DNA of 63,156 nucleotides, counting the filler, from Octopus bimaculoides (lineage: Eukaryota), in assembly GCF_001194135.2 (NCBI RefSeq). It is 5 parts of 5 records of this genome, joined end to end, with 100 filler letters (N's around TTAATTAATTAA, not from the genome) between each part and the next. Parts side by side here need not be neighbours in the genome. Positions count along the whole stretch, not along the records: positions 1 to 22,039 come from NC_068986.1; 4 more parts are not named here. One strand, written 5' to 3'. Both the position numbers and the translations under genes were made by a program. The notes under the pieces were generated by a model. That model worked only from the letters and a program-made list of their open reading frames with translations. It did not search any database and was not told where the DNA came from. Shown piece after piece: positions 1 to 11,222 of this stretch (positions within the stretch are counted from its first letter, which is position 1; each line of letters opens with the position of its first letter).

Positions 1-47
<47 letters not shown>

Positions 48-1985
48 TTTTCTACCAGTAATTACAAATAGAACAGGTTAAATTGTTTCTTTTCAAGGCC
101 AAGGGCAGTGTTCTCAATGGTCACTGATAGTAGTAAACACATTTGACCTCTGCTGACGCAAAGGTGCAAAGATTCTTTTGTCCCCACCATCTGCCAAATC
201 TATTTATAGATCTGTAGAATTTGATCTGTTACCCAACTATTTCCTTGAACAACCACATATTTATGATTATCTCAAGTACAAGACAAAAGTTGAAAATAAA
301 GAACATTTAATAAAATCTTTTAATAATAAATAGAAATAGTAATAATGATAATAACAATGGTAGTGGTGATGATGGTGATAATGATAAAAATAAAAATAAT
401 GATAATATGCTGCAGCTGCTAATACTACAACTACTACTACTCTGATAACAGGAATCTGAGGCCCAACTACTACTCTTACCACTACCCCCACCCCTGCTAC
501 TGTTGCTGCCACCACTGTTGCTACTACACATAAAAACAGTGATATCAGTGATGATAATAATAATGAAAGGAAACTGGTGGAGCCTCCCCATGGCGTGATT
601 AATGATACATCTAGTGATGGTGTCACAATAAAAACACTGGTAATTGCGCAATCTGATAATCGCTACCTCATATGAGTGACAATGAAAAAACAAAATATTT
701 TGAATAATGGTGGGAATGAAACTGAAGCCATTGATGGTGACAGTGTTGCATCCAGCAAGCTCAGAGATTCTGGTCTGGCTCCAGCCTGTTGATATCCAGA
801 AAGGGACAACCACACATGGCATAGATGGAGCAAGCAAATTAATGCTGTGGTCATGAAGGTGCTCGAAAAATAAGAGGTGTTGCCTTAGTTCACTGGTAGT
901 GAACAGCTGATACCGTAGTACATCTCCAGCGTTAGAAGCTGTGCAAAGGCAATAAAAAATGTTAAAATCTAGGCAGTCAAATTGAAGATTTGGTAATCAT
1001 TTAAAATATCAGTTACTCCACATGGTTTTTTTTTTAGATCATAAGATATCATTTGCATCTTGCTTGTTGTTATCCTTAATATAATTTTTCCATATAAATG
1101 GATTTGTTTGGCTACCACTGCTACATGTATATTTTTAACTAAAACCTTTATACTTGGAGCAAACAATCATGTGTTTGTTAACCTTTGTGGCTTGCTTTCA
1201 GCTGACTAAAATTTGTTTTTAATCACTGAATTTGAGCTTATTTTCTTTTATGATTTTCAAAATAAACATTTACTTCTTCACTTAAAATGATGAAGCTTAC
1301 TTCACTCTTTAATGATAGCAGCCAAATTTCCTTCAAGTCACACTAATTATCATGAAACACAAAATACATGTTGGATAGTGTCAATCTAGATATTCTATGT
1401 TTGCTAAGAAAAGATGAGATGGTTACAACTGAAATGCTTATAAGTCTGTGCTAGCAGAGCTGACCTGAAACTTAAAAGCAACTAAAATTTTCAACCCTTT
1501 GTGTACACAATTTATTCATTTTTATACAAATCCAACTAATATAAATAGAATGTTTTCATAATAGTATAACATTTACTGTAATAAATGCATTTCTGTATAT
1601 GCTTTGCAATTCTTATTTTAAGCATTGTTTTTAAATTATTCTCATTATTTTACTGATAGCTATTAAATTTATGCTAAAACTTTTTAGAAGTCCTGTTTAC
1701 CTGTTAAATGAATCTGAGACAGAAAGGTATTCATCTTCTCTTCATATTTTAAAATTATGTAAAAAGTGATGAATAGTTTTCTAAAAGGTAGTATTATGTC
1801 CCATAGCATTGGTTGAGCATGTTTTCACATTTATTCAATCTAAGCATTTTTATTTTTTAGTAGCAGCTGTTTCAGAGATCTCTGTGAATTGTTTTGGTCA
1901 TACTACTGTTAAACATTTATGCTTTGTTTTTTTTTTGGTTTTTTTTTTCTGACAGCAAATTTCATTTCCTCTTTGTAATGGTTAG

Positions 1986-2116
1986 GTTTGGATCCCTTCC
2001 GGAAAACCCTGGGCCAGCTACGGTTACTAAATATTGCAGCCGCTGTTCAACACGACCTTATCTCCTACAATGGACCATTGATTCCACATGATTTCATTGA
2101 TAAGGTGCACCTGAAG
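1986..2116 (+). CDS. FASTK-family protein, internal coding exon A (FAST_2 region): (G)LDPFRKTLGQLRLLNIAAAVQHDLISYNGPLIPHDFIDKVHLK
   Basis: Polypyrimidine tract and AG end at 1985; the donor AAG|GTGAAA follows 2116. The exon is 131 nt, phase 1 to 0, and open. QL..LN..A......Y.GPL.P matches the FAST_2 motif of FASTK proteins as recalled. The paralog cannot be assigned by eye (most like TBRG4/FASTKD4, FASTKD3 is the alternative). Confidence 0.85.
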
Positions 2117-2564
2117 GTGAAATATAGCTTTCTATTTGCTGTTAGGGCTGAATGCACATACATACATACGCAAGCTCACACAAACTCAAACTTGCATTCA
2201 TGCATACAAGTAAGACTACACACACTTTCACACAAAGATGAGAGACAATAACAGAGGTTATGGTGTTGGACTACTGATGGCATTGTCATTGAGTTGGCCC
2301 CATGATAGCCTGCTGATAAATAAATGGTTCTACTCCTATTTCATAGTCTAATGGTTTGTACCATGAAGGGCATACAGTTTTAACAATGTTTTAACATGCA
2401 AATATAAAATTTCAAACCCTGTGCCATTAAGATTAGCCTGGAAATGGTTGTAAAACAGTGAAAAGAAATCTGAAAACAAAACACAAACAAAAGAAAAGCA
2501 CACATTTACCCATGTATTCATTCATAATAATAGCTTTGTTTCATTTCATTTCTTATATTTTCAG

Positions 2565-2682
2565 GCTCTCTCCCGTTCTCAACATGGTTTGGCTGTATCT
2601 GTAACAACTGCTCTTTCCAATTTTGCTCCCCTGAACAAATTTGTCAGGACAGATGTGATAACACCATATGGTTATATACTTG
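2565..2682 (+). CDS. FASTK-family protein, exon B: ALSRSQHGLAVSVTTALSNFAPLNKFVRTDVITPYGYIL(D)
   Basis: Acceptor tattttcag| and donor G|GTTTGT; 118 nt, phase 0 to 1, continuing exon A in frame. V.TPYGY.LD is the motif that opens the RAP domain. Confidence 0.88.
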
Positions 2683-3525
2683 GTTTGTAACACTAACTTC
2701 TTTTTTATTTATAAATTCCAAGGATATAAAATTTAATATATATTTTAAGAATTTTTTTTTATATATTTTTTATATTTACTTTTTTCTCTCTATAGAAAGT
2801 AAGATTTTTACAGATGTATTCTTTATCAATCAAGTTCTGGTAACATTTGATAAAGCCAAATCCATTTGGTTCAACTTTTTCAGATAGTTGTGCCAACCAA
2901 GGTAAATTACAGAATTGAACACTGTTGACTGTTCATCTGTGAGGTGGTGGTGACATCCATTTCTTTACTAGATTAATATACCTTGCCTGTATAAGCAGTA
3001 GCAAGGTTTGAATAATAATCCAGGTCACTTGACCATCAGCATAACAATCACTTTCTATCATCTATCTACATTTATTTTCAATATAATGATTATCCAAGTA
3101 AAGTTTTATTTATTTTAATTTGGGATTGTGGTTTAGGGTATCAGAATGGATACTTTATATTTTGTAAGTCAACTTCTTCCGAATTGATAGATCAGTATTG
3201 GTAATTCTGCTGAGTATTTGTGAAGTAATATTTAGTTTTTTTGATATTGTAACTTATTCCAAATGTTGGTTGCTGTCTTAAAATAACTAAATAATCTCAT
3301 TTTCCTCCTCCTGATGTAGCCAAATAAATCCATCTAAACAATGCAAACATGGCAAAATTATTTTAATGATAATAACTACTAAGCAAAAAGCAAATATGAT
3401 CTAAAATGATTTTAAAAAGAAAAACAGTCAGTTATTATGTCTGATATTCTAACAGTTCTGCCAATCTGCTATATTCTCTCTACCCTTCTCCAATTATTAA
3501 TAATATTAATTTATATTTTCTTCAG

Positions 3526-3610
3526 ATGCTGTACTATTTGTTGACAAGAAAGGTGAACCTCTTGTATATGATGAACATTATGGGCATGAGCCAAAACCAG
3601 GTGTTAATCG
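3526..3610 (+). CDS. FASTK-family protein, exon C: (D)AVLFVDKKGEPLVYDEHYGHEPKPGVN(R)
   Basis: Acceptor ttttcttcag| and perfect donor CG|GTAAGT; 85 nt, phase 1 to 2. It completes the conserved split Asp codon G|AT of the LDA motif. Confidence 0.9.
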
Positions 3611-4791
3611 GTAAGTTGGCTGTCTTTGAAGTGAGTTCTGAAACTATACAATGTACAATTACATCTGTTATGTATCATTTCTGTGATGTCTCACAAAGCC
3701 AGCTAGCTTCAAACTGCACATGCTGACAGTTTAGAGATTTGCCTGGTATTAAGATATACCTAGGACCCATCTAATATGCAATACAGATATCAATAAATGA
3801 TAAAAAAAAATAGTATGTAATTTAATCCAAGCAGTGGCACAACAAGGGTTCTCAGTGCTGAGGAACAATGATAATCTTGGTGTTCCCACCTTAATCAACA
3901 AGCATGGTGAGAAAGAGGAAAACTGTATCCCTTCACACCTGTGCCTGAAGAACAACTGCCCCTACTTCTGTCTTTCCCTGCTTTGTCTTTCAACCTAAAT
4001 CAGCTTTCATTAGGTTGTCTTATGATTAGCAGCATTGCAATATGTGATTGTCTTGTTCCATTTTCAGGATTTAAAGAACTACATTTTTTACTGTCTTCCT
4101 TTATGGTAGTAGGATATGATTTTAAGGAGATTTTCTTGCTATTTCAAGCAGATTGAGTCACCACCTAGCTCCTCCCTCAGTAGCTTGAAAATATCATTTC
4201 AACTACTTGCACATTCCAATAAATCTTATAATCTTAATTACTTCTAAGAAGTTAATTTTGATTTAACCACTTGTATTCCTATAACTGGTCTAATTTCTAT
4301 AAAATAAATCATCATTATTACAATTTTAATCATAATTATGCTTATTAAGCTGAAATCAAGAGACAAGCTGAGTTTGTAAACAAGTTTTGATTTTCAGTTG
4401 GTGCCATTTCAGTTTTGAAAATGGCAAGAACACCTCACTTCTCTATAAATCTCAGACTAACATGCTTGAGTGAAAAATATATTATTGTTATTAGTAATGG
4501 ATGACAGAATCAGTATAGTACTGGACAAAATGCTTTGTGATATTTAGTCTTTACACTTTGAATCTAAATCTTGCTAGAACTGACTTTGCCTTTTATTCTC
4601 CTGAGGTTGATAAAAGCAGTACCATTCAAGTATTGAAGCTCATTTAATTTCCTATGCTCTTCCAAATGTCTTTTTGTGCCAGTACAAAAAAATTTCAATA
4701 GTAATATAGGAAATCAATATTTGAATTCAAATAAATTTTTAGTTTTCATTTTATTACATTGAGATTTTTTCTGCAAAATGTTCTCTTTTAG

Positions 4792-4906
4792 GATTGCTTT
4801 CAAAGTATTAGATTTCCCTGATATGACCCTCTGTACAGTTAAGCCTACAGGATTGCACACAATGGCAGCAAGACACCTCATTCATTTAGATTACATATTA
4901 ATACAG
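4792..4906 (+). CDS. FASTK-family protein, exon D (RAP domain): (R)IAFKVLDFPDMTLCTVKPTGLHTMAARHLIHLDYILIQ
   Basis: Acceptor ttctcttttag| and donor CAG|GTAAAT; 115 nt, phase 2 to 0. RIA...G...M..RHL...Y..IQ is the RAP-domain pattern. Confidence 0.92.
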
Positions 4907-5464
4907 GTAAATATTAACCATATAACATCTTACATTGTTTATTGTTTAAATTTTGATACATTGTTTTTCATGTTGGAAGTAAATTTATCAAATGGGCCTT
5001 TGCTTATTTCAAAATAAATAATATTTTCCTATGTCCAGACATGTTTACATGGAAGATTAGAAATGAAGGGCACCAACTGCAAGACAGTAACATTTACAAC
5101 TATCATGCAATGTCAAGGCAAAGAGATAGTAACACACACACATGCATGCACGCACACGATGAGCTCCTTTCAGTTTCTGTCTCCCAAACCTACTCATGAG
5201 ACTTTGGTTCGCCTGAGTCTATAGTAGAAGACACTTGCCCAAAGTGCCATACTGTTGTACTGAACCCAGAATCATAGGGTTGAGAGACAATACCACATAA
5301 TTGCATCTGTGCTTATAATTAAAAGTAACAATTACCATACCAAAACTTAGAAATAGGGTATTGTTACTAATGCAATAGTTATTTAGTCATAAGAACCTTC
5401 TTTTCTCAAATGCTGTTTGAAATAGTCAGAGGTGAAATTTATCACATTCATTTAGAAATGCCTC

Positions 5465-6047
5465 AAGTACCACCTGACTGGCACCTGTGCCGGTGGCATG
5501 TAAAAAGCACCATTCAAGCGTGGCTGATGCTAGTGCTTCCTGACTGGCACCTGTGCCAGTAGCATGTAAAAAAACACCATTTGAGCGTGGCCAATGCCAG
5601 TGCCACCTGACAGGTACCCGTGCCAGTGGCATGTAAAAAGCACCATTTAAGCGTGGCCAATGCCAGTGCCGCCTGACTGACATGTAAAAAGCACCATTCG
5701 AGTGTGGCCAATGACAGTGCTACCTGACTGGCACCCATCCCAGTGGCACATGAAAAACACCATTCGAGCATGACCGATACCAGTGCTGCCTGTTTGGCAC
5801 GTAAACAGTACCATTCAAGCATGGCTGATGCCAGTACCACTTCACTGGCTCCCATGCCGCTGGCACATAAAAGCACCCACTACACTCTCAGAGTGGTTGG
5901 TATTAGGAAGGGCATCCAGCTGTAGAAACCTTGCCAAATCAGTTTGGATCCTGGTGCAGCCTCTGGGCTTGCTAGTTCTCAGTCAAACCGTCTGACCCAT
6001 GCCAGCATCGAAAGTGGACGTTAAATGACAGTGATGATGATGATGAT
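5465..6047 (+). mobile_element. Head-less RTE-related retroposon 3' segment with an internal VNTR (about 66/51-bp units)
   Basis: Repeated GCACCATTCRAGCGTGG...ATGTAAAAA units, then GGAAGGGCATCCAGCTGTAGAAAC, then ACCCATGCCAGCAT...GGACGTTAAA and a (GAT)n tail. The same 3' block recurs at 15190-15540, 16130-16272 (minus), 39110-39432, 40602-40740 and 46255-46530. Confidence 0.75.
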
Positions 6048-6055
6048 TTAAAATA

Positions 6056-7180
6056 TTAGGTTGTCAAGAAAGTTCTTGTGGTTTTTAAGCTTTAAATTCA
6101 GATACACATATCTCAGCTCAAACAAAACTTTGTTAATCGAAATAAACACCATCAGAATCAGCACACTTTCGGCAACACGAAACAAGTTTAGTTATGCCAG
6201 TAGCGTAAAAATCCTGCATTCTGGTGGCGATGAAGTCGTTGAAGGTGTGTTTGGCATTGTCTTGGTTTTTGAAGCATTTCTCACACAGGAAGTTGTCGAG
6301 ATGCTTGAAAAAGTGGTAGTCAGTAAGCAAGAGGTCTGGTGAGTATGGCGGATGAGGCAGAGTTTCGTAGCCCAATTCGTTCAACTTCTGCAGGGTCAGT
6401 TGTGCGACGTGCGGCCGAGCGTTGTCATGGAGAAGAATCGGTTNNNNNNNNNNNNNNNNNNNNNNNNNNNNNNNNNNNNNNNNNNNNNNNNNNNNNNNNN
6501 NNNNNNNNNNNNNNNNNNNNNNNNNNNNNNNNNNNNNNNNNNNNNNNNNNNNNNNNNNNNNNNNNNNNNNNNNNNNNNNNNNNNNNNNNNNNNNNNNNNN
6601 NNNNNNNNNNNNNNNNNNTTTTTTGGTTGTCGTTCAATTCGTGCGGTACCCATTTCTGAAGTATTTTTGTTTTTCCAATCTCTTTCAAGTGGTTGGAAAT
6701 TGTTGTATACATTACGTCTAATTCAGAAGCATGCTCTCGAATAGTTGTGCATGGATTGGCTTCGACTAAGGCTCTTAGTTGATTGTTGTCAGCATTCGAT
6801 GGCTGACCATTACGTGTATCATCTTCAAGACTCTCGTCACCACTACGAAATTTCTTGAACCACCATTGTGCTGAATGTTCATTAGTGGTTCCTGGGCCAA
6901 AAGCATTGTTGATATCGCAAGCTGTTTCAGCAGCTTTTCGGCCTAGCTTGAACTGGAATAAGAAAATTGTGCGAATTTGCTTTTTGTCCATGTTGTATTC
7001 AACGTTCCAGAAAAAATGGCTTAATTATTCAAAGCGAAAAAGAGTAGCATGATTAGATAGAGCGAAAAACGGGCTTTAAAATGATATATAAAGTCAAAGT
7101 AATTTAACAAAAATTAATTTGAAAACACATCATTTAAAACCAAAATTTAAAATTCTGCAAGAACTTTCTTGACAACCTAA
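6056..7180 (-). mobile_element. Mariner DNA transposon (cecropia/Hsmar1-like, DD34D), apparently full length with an internal assembly gap
   Basis: Perfect 23-bp TIRs TTAGGTTGTCAAGAAAGTTCTTG (6056-6078, reverse complement at 7158-7180) with TA on both sides. The minus-strand transposase runs from MDKKQIRTIFLFQFKLG...KWVPHEL at 6991 to the gap, then PILLHDNARPHVAQLTLQKLNELGYETLPHPPYSPDLLLTDYHFF...GVYFD* to 6133. Confidence 0.95.
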
Positions 7181-7318
7181 TATTTCATTACTGCATCCAC
7201 TGCTATTTGTGTTTCACATGGTTCATAAATAAAGTTTTCTTTTCTTTCCTTCTATTTTACTCATTTTTCTTTTTTATTTTGTTTCTTATTTAATCAAAAT
7301 TTCTTGTTGACTTTGCAG

Positions 7319-7411
7319 GTCCCTTATACTGAATTCAGTGATCGTTTGACTACTGTGAAAAAAATGCAGTACCTTCAACGTAGGATCAGATCAGCTATTG
7401 CTTCTTCCTAA
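7319..7411 (+). CDS. FASTK-family protein, last coding exon: VPYTEFSDRLTTVKKMQYLQRRIRSAIASS*
   Basis: Long polypyrimidine tract with ctttgcag|; phase 0; TAA stop at 7409-7411. VPY.E...K..YL...I is the RAP C-terminus. Confidence 0.9.
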   Translation, partial: VPYTEFSDRLTTVKKMQYLQRRIRSAIASS

Positions 7412-7590
7412 GGAAGAAATGACTGTGAAAACTCCATTCTTATGACATTGGCTCTCAATTCTGGTCTGTTTGTAAGCCAATGTTTTATATAGAGTTTAAT
7501 GAGAAAATGAAAAAATAGACTTAAATCAGAAACTGAGTGATTGAACAAAATGTGTTTAATATTTGAGTGGTTTTAAAAGTCTATTTAGCA

Positions 7591-7591
<1 letters not shown>

Positions 7592-7640
<49 letters not shown>

Positions 7641-7686
7641 CATCATTATTATCATCATCATCATCATCATCATCATCATTATCATC
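7592..7686. repeat. (ATT)n(ATC)n compound microsatellite in the putative 3' UTR of the FASTK gene
   Basis: Seen directly; it is the source of the poly-Ile ORF 7567-7896. Confidence 0.95.
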
Positions 7687-8728
7687 ATGCGTTTATTTAT
7701 AAAACATTTGTATTTTCTTTCTTTTTTTTTTCTATTTGACAAACTTTTTTTACATTTCTATAGTTGCTGCATTTTACAGTTAGGTAAATTGTGTCATTCC
7801 CCCACAGTATCACAAGATCTTGATTCTCCTAAAATAATTCACAGGCCATACATGCGATATTTATTCATGCATAAACATATGGGAGAAGCGAAATAGCTGT
7901 GTGATAACATATTGGACTGCCACTTCATGGTTAATGAGTTCAAACTCACTGCAAGTCTTTCATTGTGTCTCCTTGGAAAGACACTTTACTCTATGTGCCT
8001 CAGTTTACCTAACTGTTGAAAATAGATACCAGATGTCCTGAGAAAGTTACATCAGTAGACTGGAAGGAGAGAGAGAGAGAGTGAGAGAGAGAGAGAGAGA
8101 TTTGTCACTCATCTACTTAACACTAGAGAACCCAGAAATTAGTACCAGCTCCTTCAAAGTTGAGCATCAGAAGATGAAACCTCTTTTTTTATAATGATAC
8201 AGTAGTTCTAGTAGACTATAACATTTATAAAATATTTTTAAAAATCAAGGGTTGAACTGATTTTCTGGAACAGCAGCTTGTACTTCATGATGATCAAAGA
8301 CAACAATAAATATGATCATTAATAGACATCGTATTTAAATGCATCAAGTAAGTTGCACATTTGGAAAAACATGTTTGTTGAATATTTGTTTGTAAAATGC
8401 CGAACTGTTCAATATTTAGTGTCAGTTGAGAGAATATGTATAATGAACGTGGATTAACTTGCACCATGATTAGTACATGAGCAACTGAATATGTCAGTTG
8501 TTGAGAGATATAAAGACAACCAATGTTTTGTGTGTGTGTAGTTATTTATGCTTACATACATGCAAAGATATCTTACCAACAAACACAGTGAAACAAATAC
8601 ATTTGAAAATATCAGTGTTTTGATATATGAATATGTGTCTCTAAATGCATGGGTAAACACATGTTTATAAAATACTGAGACATTTATCTACATATATATA
8701 TCTATATGTATATGTTAGTGTGTGTGTT

Positions 8729-8765
<37 letters not shown>

Positions 8766-8776
8766 ACACACACACA

Positions 8777-10003
8777 CAGTGTCTGTAAATTACCTTTACA
8801 ATTTTAAAAATTCAGGGAAAAATGAAAAATAAGGCAAATAAATACATCTTCATTAGAAACATCAGAATACTTCCATGTAGACTCCATTGACTGCATGCAA
8901 TACATCTAGATGATGCTCAATTTCTGGGCATGTGTGTTGGAGCATCCTCTCATCAATGTTGGATGTAGCTTGGTGTAATTTTTCTTTGTGATCATTGAAG
9001 TCCTGCACTTTTGTACAATAGACTCTGACTTTACTGTAGCCCCATAAGATGTCTAAAGGGATTATACCTGGTGACTTAGGTGAGCTGGACCACCTCTTCC
9101 ACTCCACTGGTTTGGGAAAGTTTCATTAAGAAACTCTCAAACACTCAACCTGTAAAGGGACAGCACACTGTCTTGTTGGAAAATAACTGTTGGATGCAAT
9201 TGTGGTACAACAAATTCTGGTAAAAAATGAAGGTACGTGTTGGAAGTATTTGTTTCTTCTGCAAAGAAAAATGGGCCAATCACTTGATCAAACATGAAGT
9301 CATTCCAAGTATTGACTTTGGGGCTGTTTCTCTCCAGTTCTCTTGTTTCATGTGAGTTTTCTGAGCTCTAGATCCTGATGTGCTTGTTTATCATTTCTGA
9401 TACATGAAATATTGCTTCATTGCTGAAACAAATCTTTTGAAGAAAGCCTTCGTCTGCAACTAATCAAGCTAACATGTTCACTGCAAACTGTTTTCTTAGG
9501 GGTTTGACATCTGATAAAAGTTGCACTTTATAAGTTCTTGTGCAAAAGTTTGTGAATTATTGACCATGGTAAATTTAACTATCTACTTGCTGTACAAATT
9601 GACTTAGTAGGACTACAATGAAATGCTGCCTGAATTCACTCAACATTTTGCACAGATGTTCTAGGTTGTTCAGCCTCTGTCTTCTGTAGGATGTTTCCTG
9701 TTTTCATAAACTTTTTATGCCAGACACATACTTACATGAGTTAGTGGGGTTTTCTTCCATACATTGTATGGTAATTTCATTGAACCTGAGTGCCTATCTG
9801 ATTTGGTCTCTATGTACCAGGATACACATGGCACTTTCTCTTGTGGTGTTGTCATTTTCATTAAAAGTCAGTGATAATAATGAACACATTTAAAGACAAA
9901 ATTTTAATATTCATTTAACATGCAAAGAAGTTGATTGATGGAGCTCCACTTTAATAAATAAAATAAATTGTGGAAGTTATAAAGAAAATTTATGAACACC
10001 CTG
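8777..10003 (-). mobile_element. Degenerate Tc1/mariner-superfamily transposon (rosa/DD41D or maT/DD37D type)
   Basis: Degenerate TIRs (CAGTGTCTGTAAATT.. and ..AATTTATGAACACCCTG). The minus-strand N-terminus MTTPQEKVPCVSWYIETKSD is near 9850. The C-terminus SPKSPGIIPLDILWGYSKVRVY...EIEHHLDVLHAVNG is a decayed WPPRSPDLTPLDFFLWGYVK. There are many stops and frameshifts. Confidence 0.8.
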
Positions 10004-10014
10004 TGTGTTGAGTG

Positions 10015-10045
<31 letters not shown>

Positions 10046-10133
10046 ATACACACACACACATAAAATGTTTCTTTAATATGTGTGTATATATATATATGTG
10101 TGTGTTTGTGTGTGTGTAGATATAGATACATAT

Positions 10134-10178
<45 letters not shown>

Positions 10179-11173
10179 TGCATACATATACATATAATAC
10201 ATGTTCACATATACACATAATTATGTATACCAATGTACATATACGTGCGTGTGTGTGTGTGTCTGTTTGTGTCTTCTTATCTTGACATCATGTGATAGTT
10301 GTAAGCAACCATCACCCTTATGCAAGCATTGTCAGTCATTGCCAGTCTCCTGTGAGAAACATGTCTGAGTCAAATTATTACTTTACCTGGAAACAAGTGA
10401 GGATTGGTGACAGTAAGGGCATCAGGCTGTAGAAAATTTGTCTCAAAAAATGATGCCCAGCCCATGCAAATATGGGAAAGTGGACATTAAAATGATGATG
10501 ATGTTGATATTTATATGTATATTTTGTATGTCATCATCCTCACTATCTTAATGTCAACTTTCCTAGGCTTATTTGGCTCAGACAGAATTTGTTCAGGTAG
10601 CCATGTTTTTCATGAAACATTGGAAGCAAATAATGTTGCTTGTATGATAGCAGCTCATTTACAACAATCACTTGATATCAAAACAAGGAAGTGTTCCACT
10701 CGTGAATACATACATATATATGTATGACAGATATTGTGATGAATCACAATTTCATGATTGCCAATTCAAAGTTATCGCAAGATGGAGGGACATAGTACTA
10801 TCATGTCATTGCCTTGACTCTAGCTGGTGTGTGAAAATTTGCTCCTTTTTATGAAAAGAGTATAGCTCAAACTGATATCACTAAAGATACAGGTTGATTG
10901 ACTGATGATGATCACAAGGACAGGCATAGAATTTGATTGATTCATGTGACTATGTTAGATAAAAAAGACTAAAATAAGTATGTGTGTTAATACATATATA
11001 CATAACAGAAATATACATATATGTATATATTTATACTAGATACATATAATATGTATACACATACACATGCACCCACATACACATATTACAAATAAATATG
11101 TCTGTGTGTATATGTTTGTGTATATATATATATATAGAGAGAGAGAGAGAAAGAGAGGTACATAATATATACA

Positions 11174-11222
<49 letters not shown>

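Noticed and set aside
267-854. Low-complexity ORFs on both strands in the first intron
   Set aside because: This is a decayed trinucleotide tract with stops in the + frames, no usable splice pair and no recognisable domain.
1861-1896. 36-nt phase-1 exon candidate behind tandem TAG-TAG-CAG acceptors
   Set aside because: The frame would fit (AAVSEISVNCFG), but the donor GTCATA is poor and nothing in the peptide matches FASTK motifs.
3749-3955. Short ORFs in FASTK intron C-D, vaguely transposase-like
   Set aside because: No catalytic motif or termini were found.
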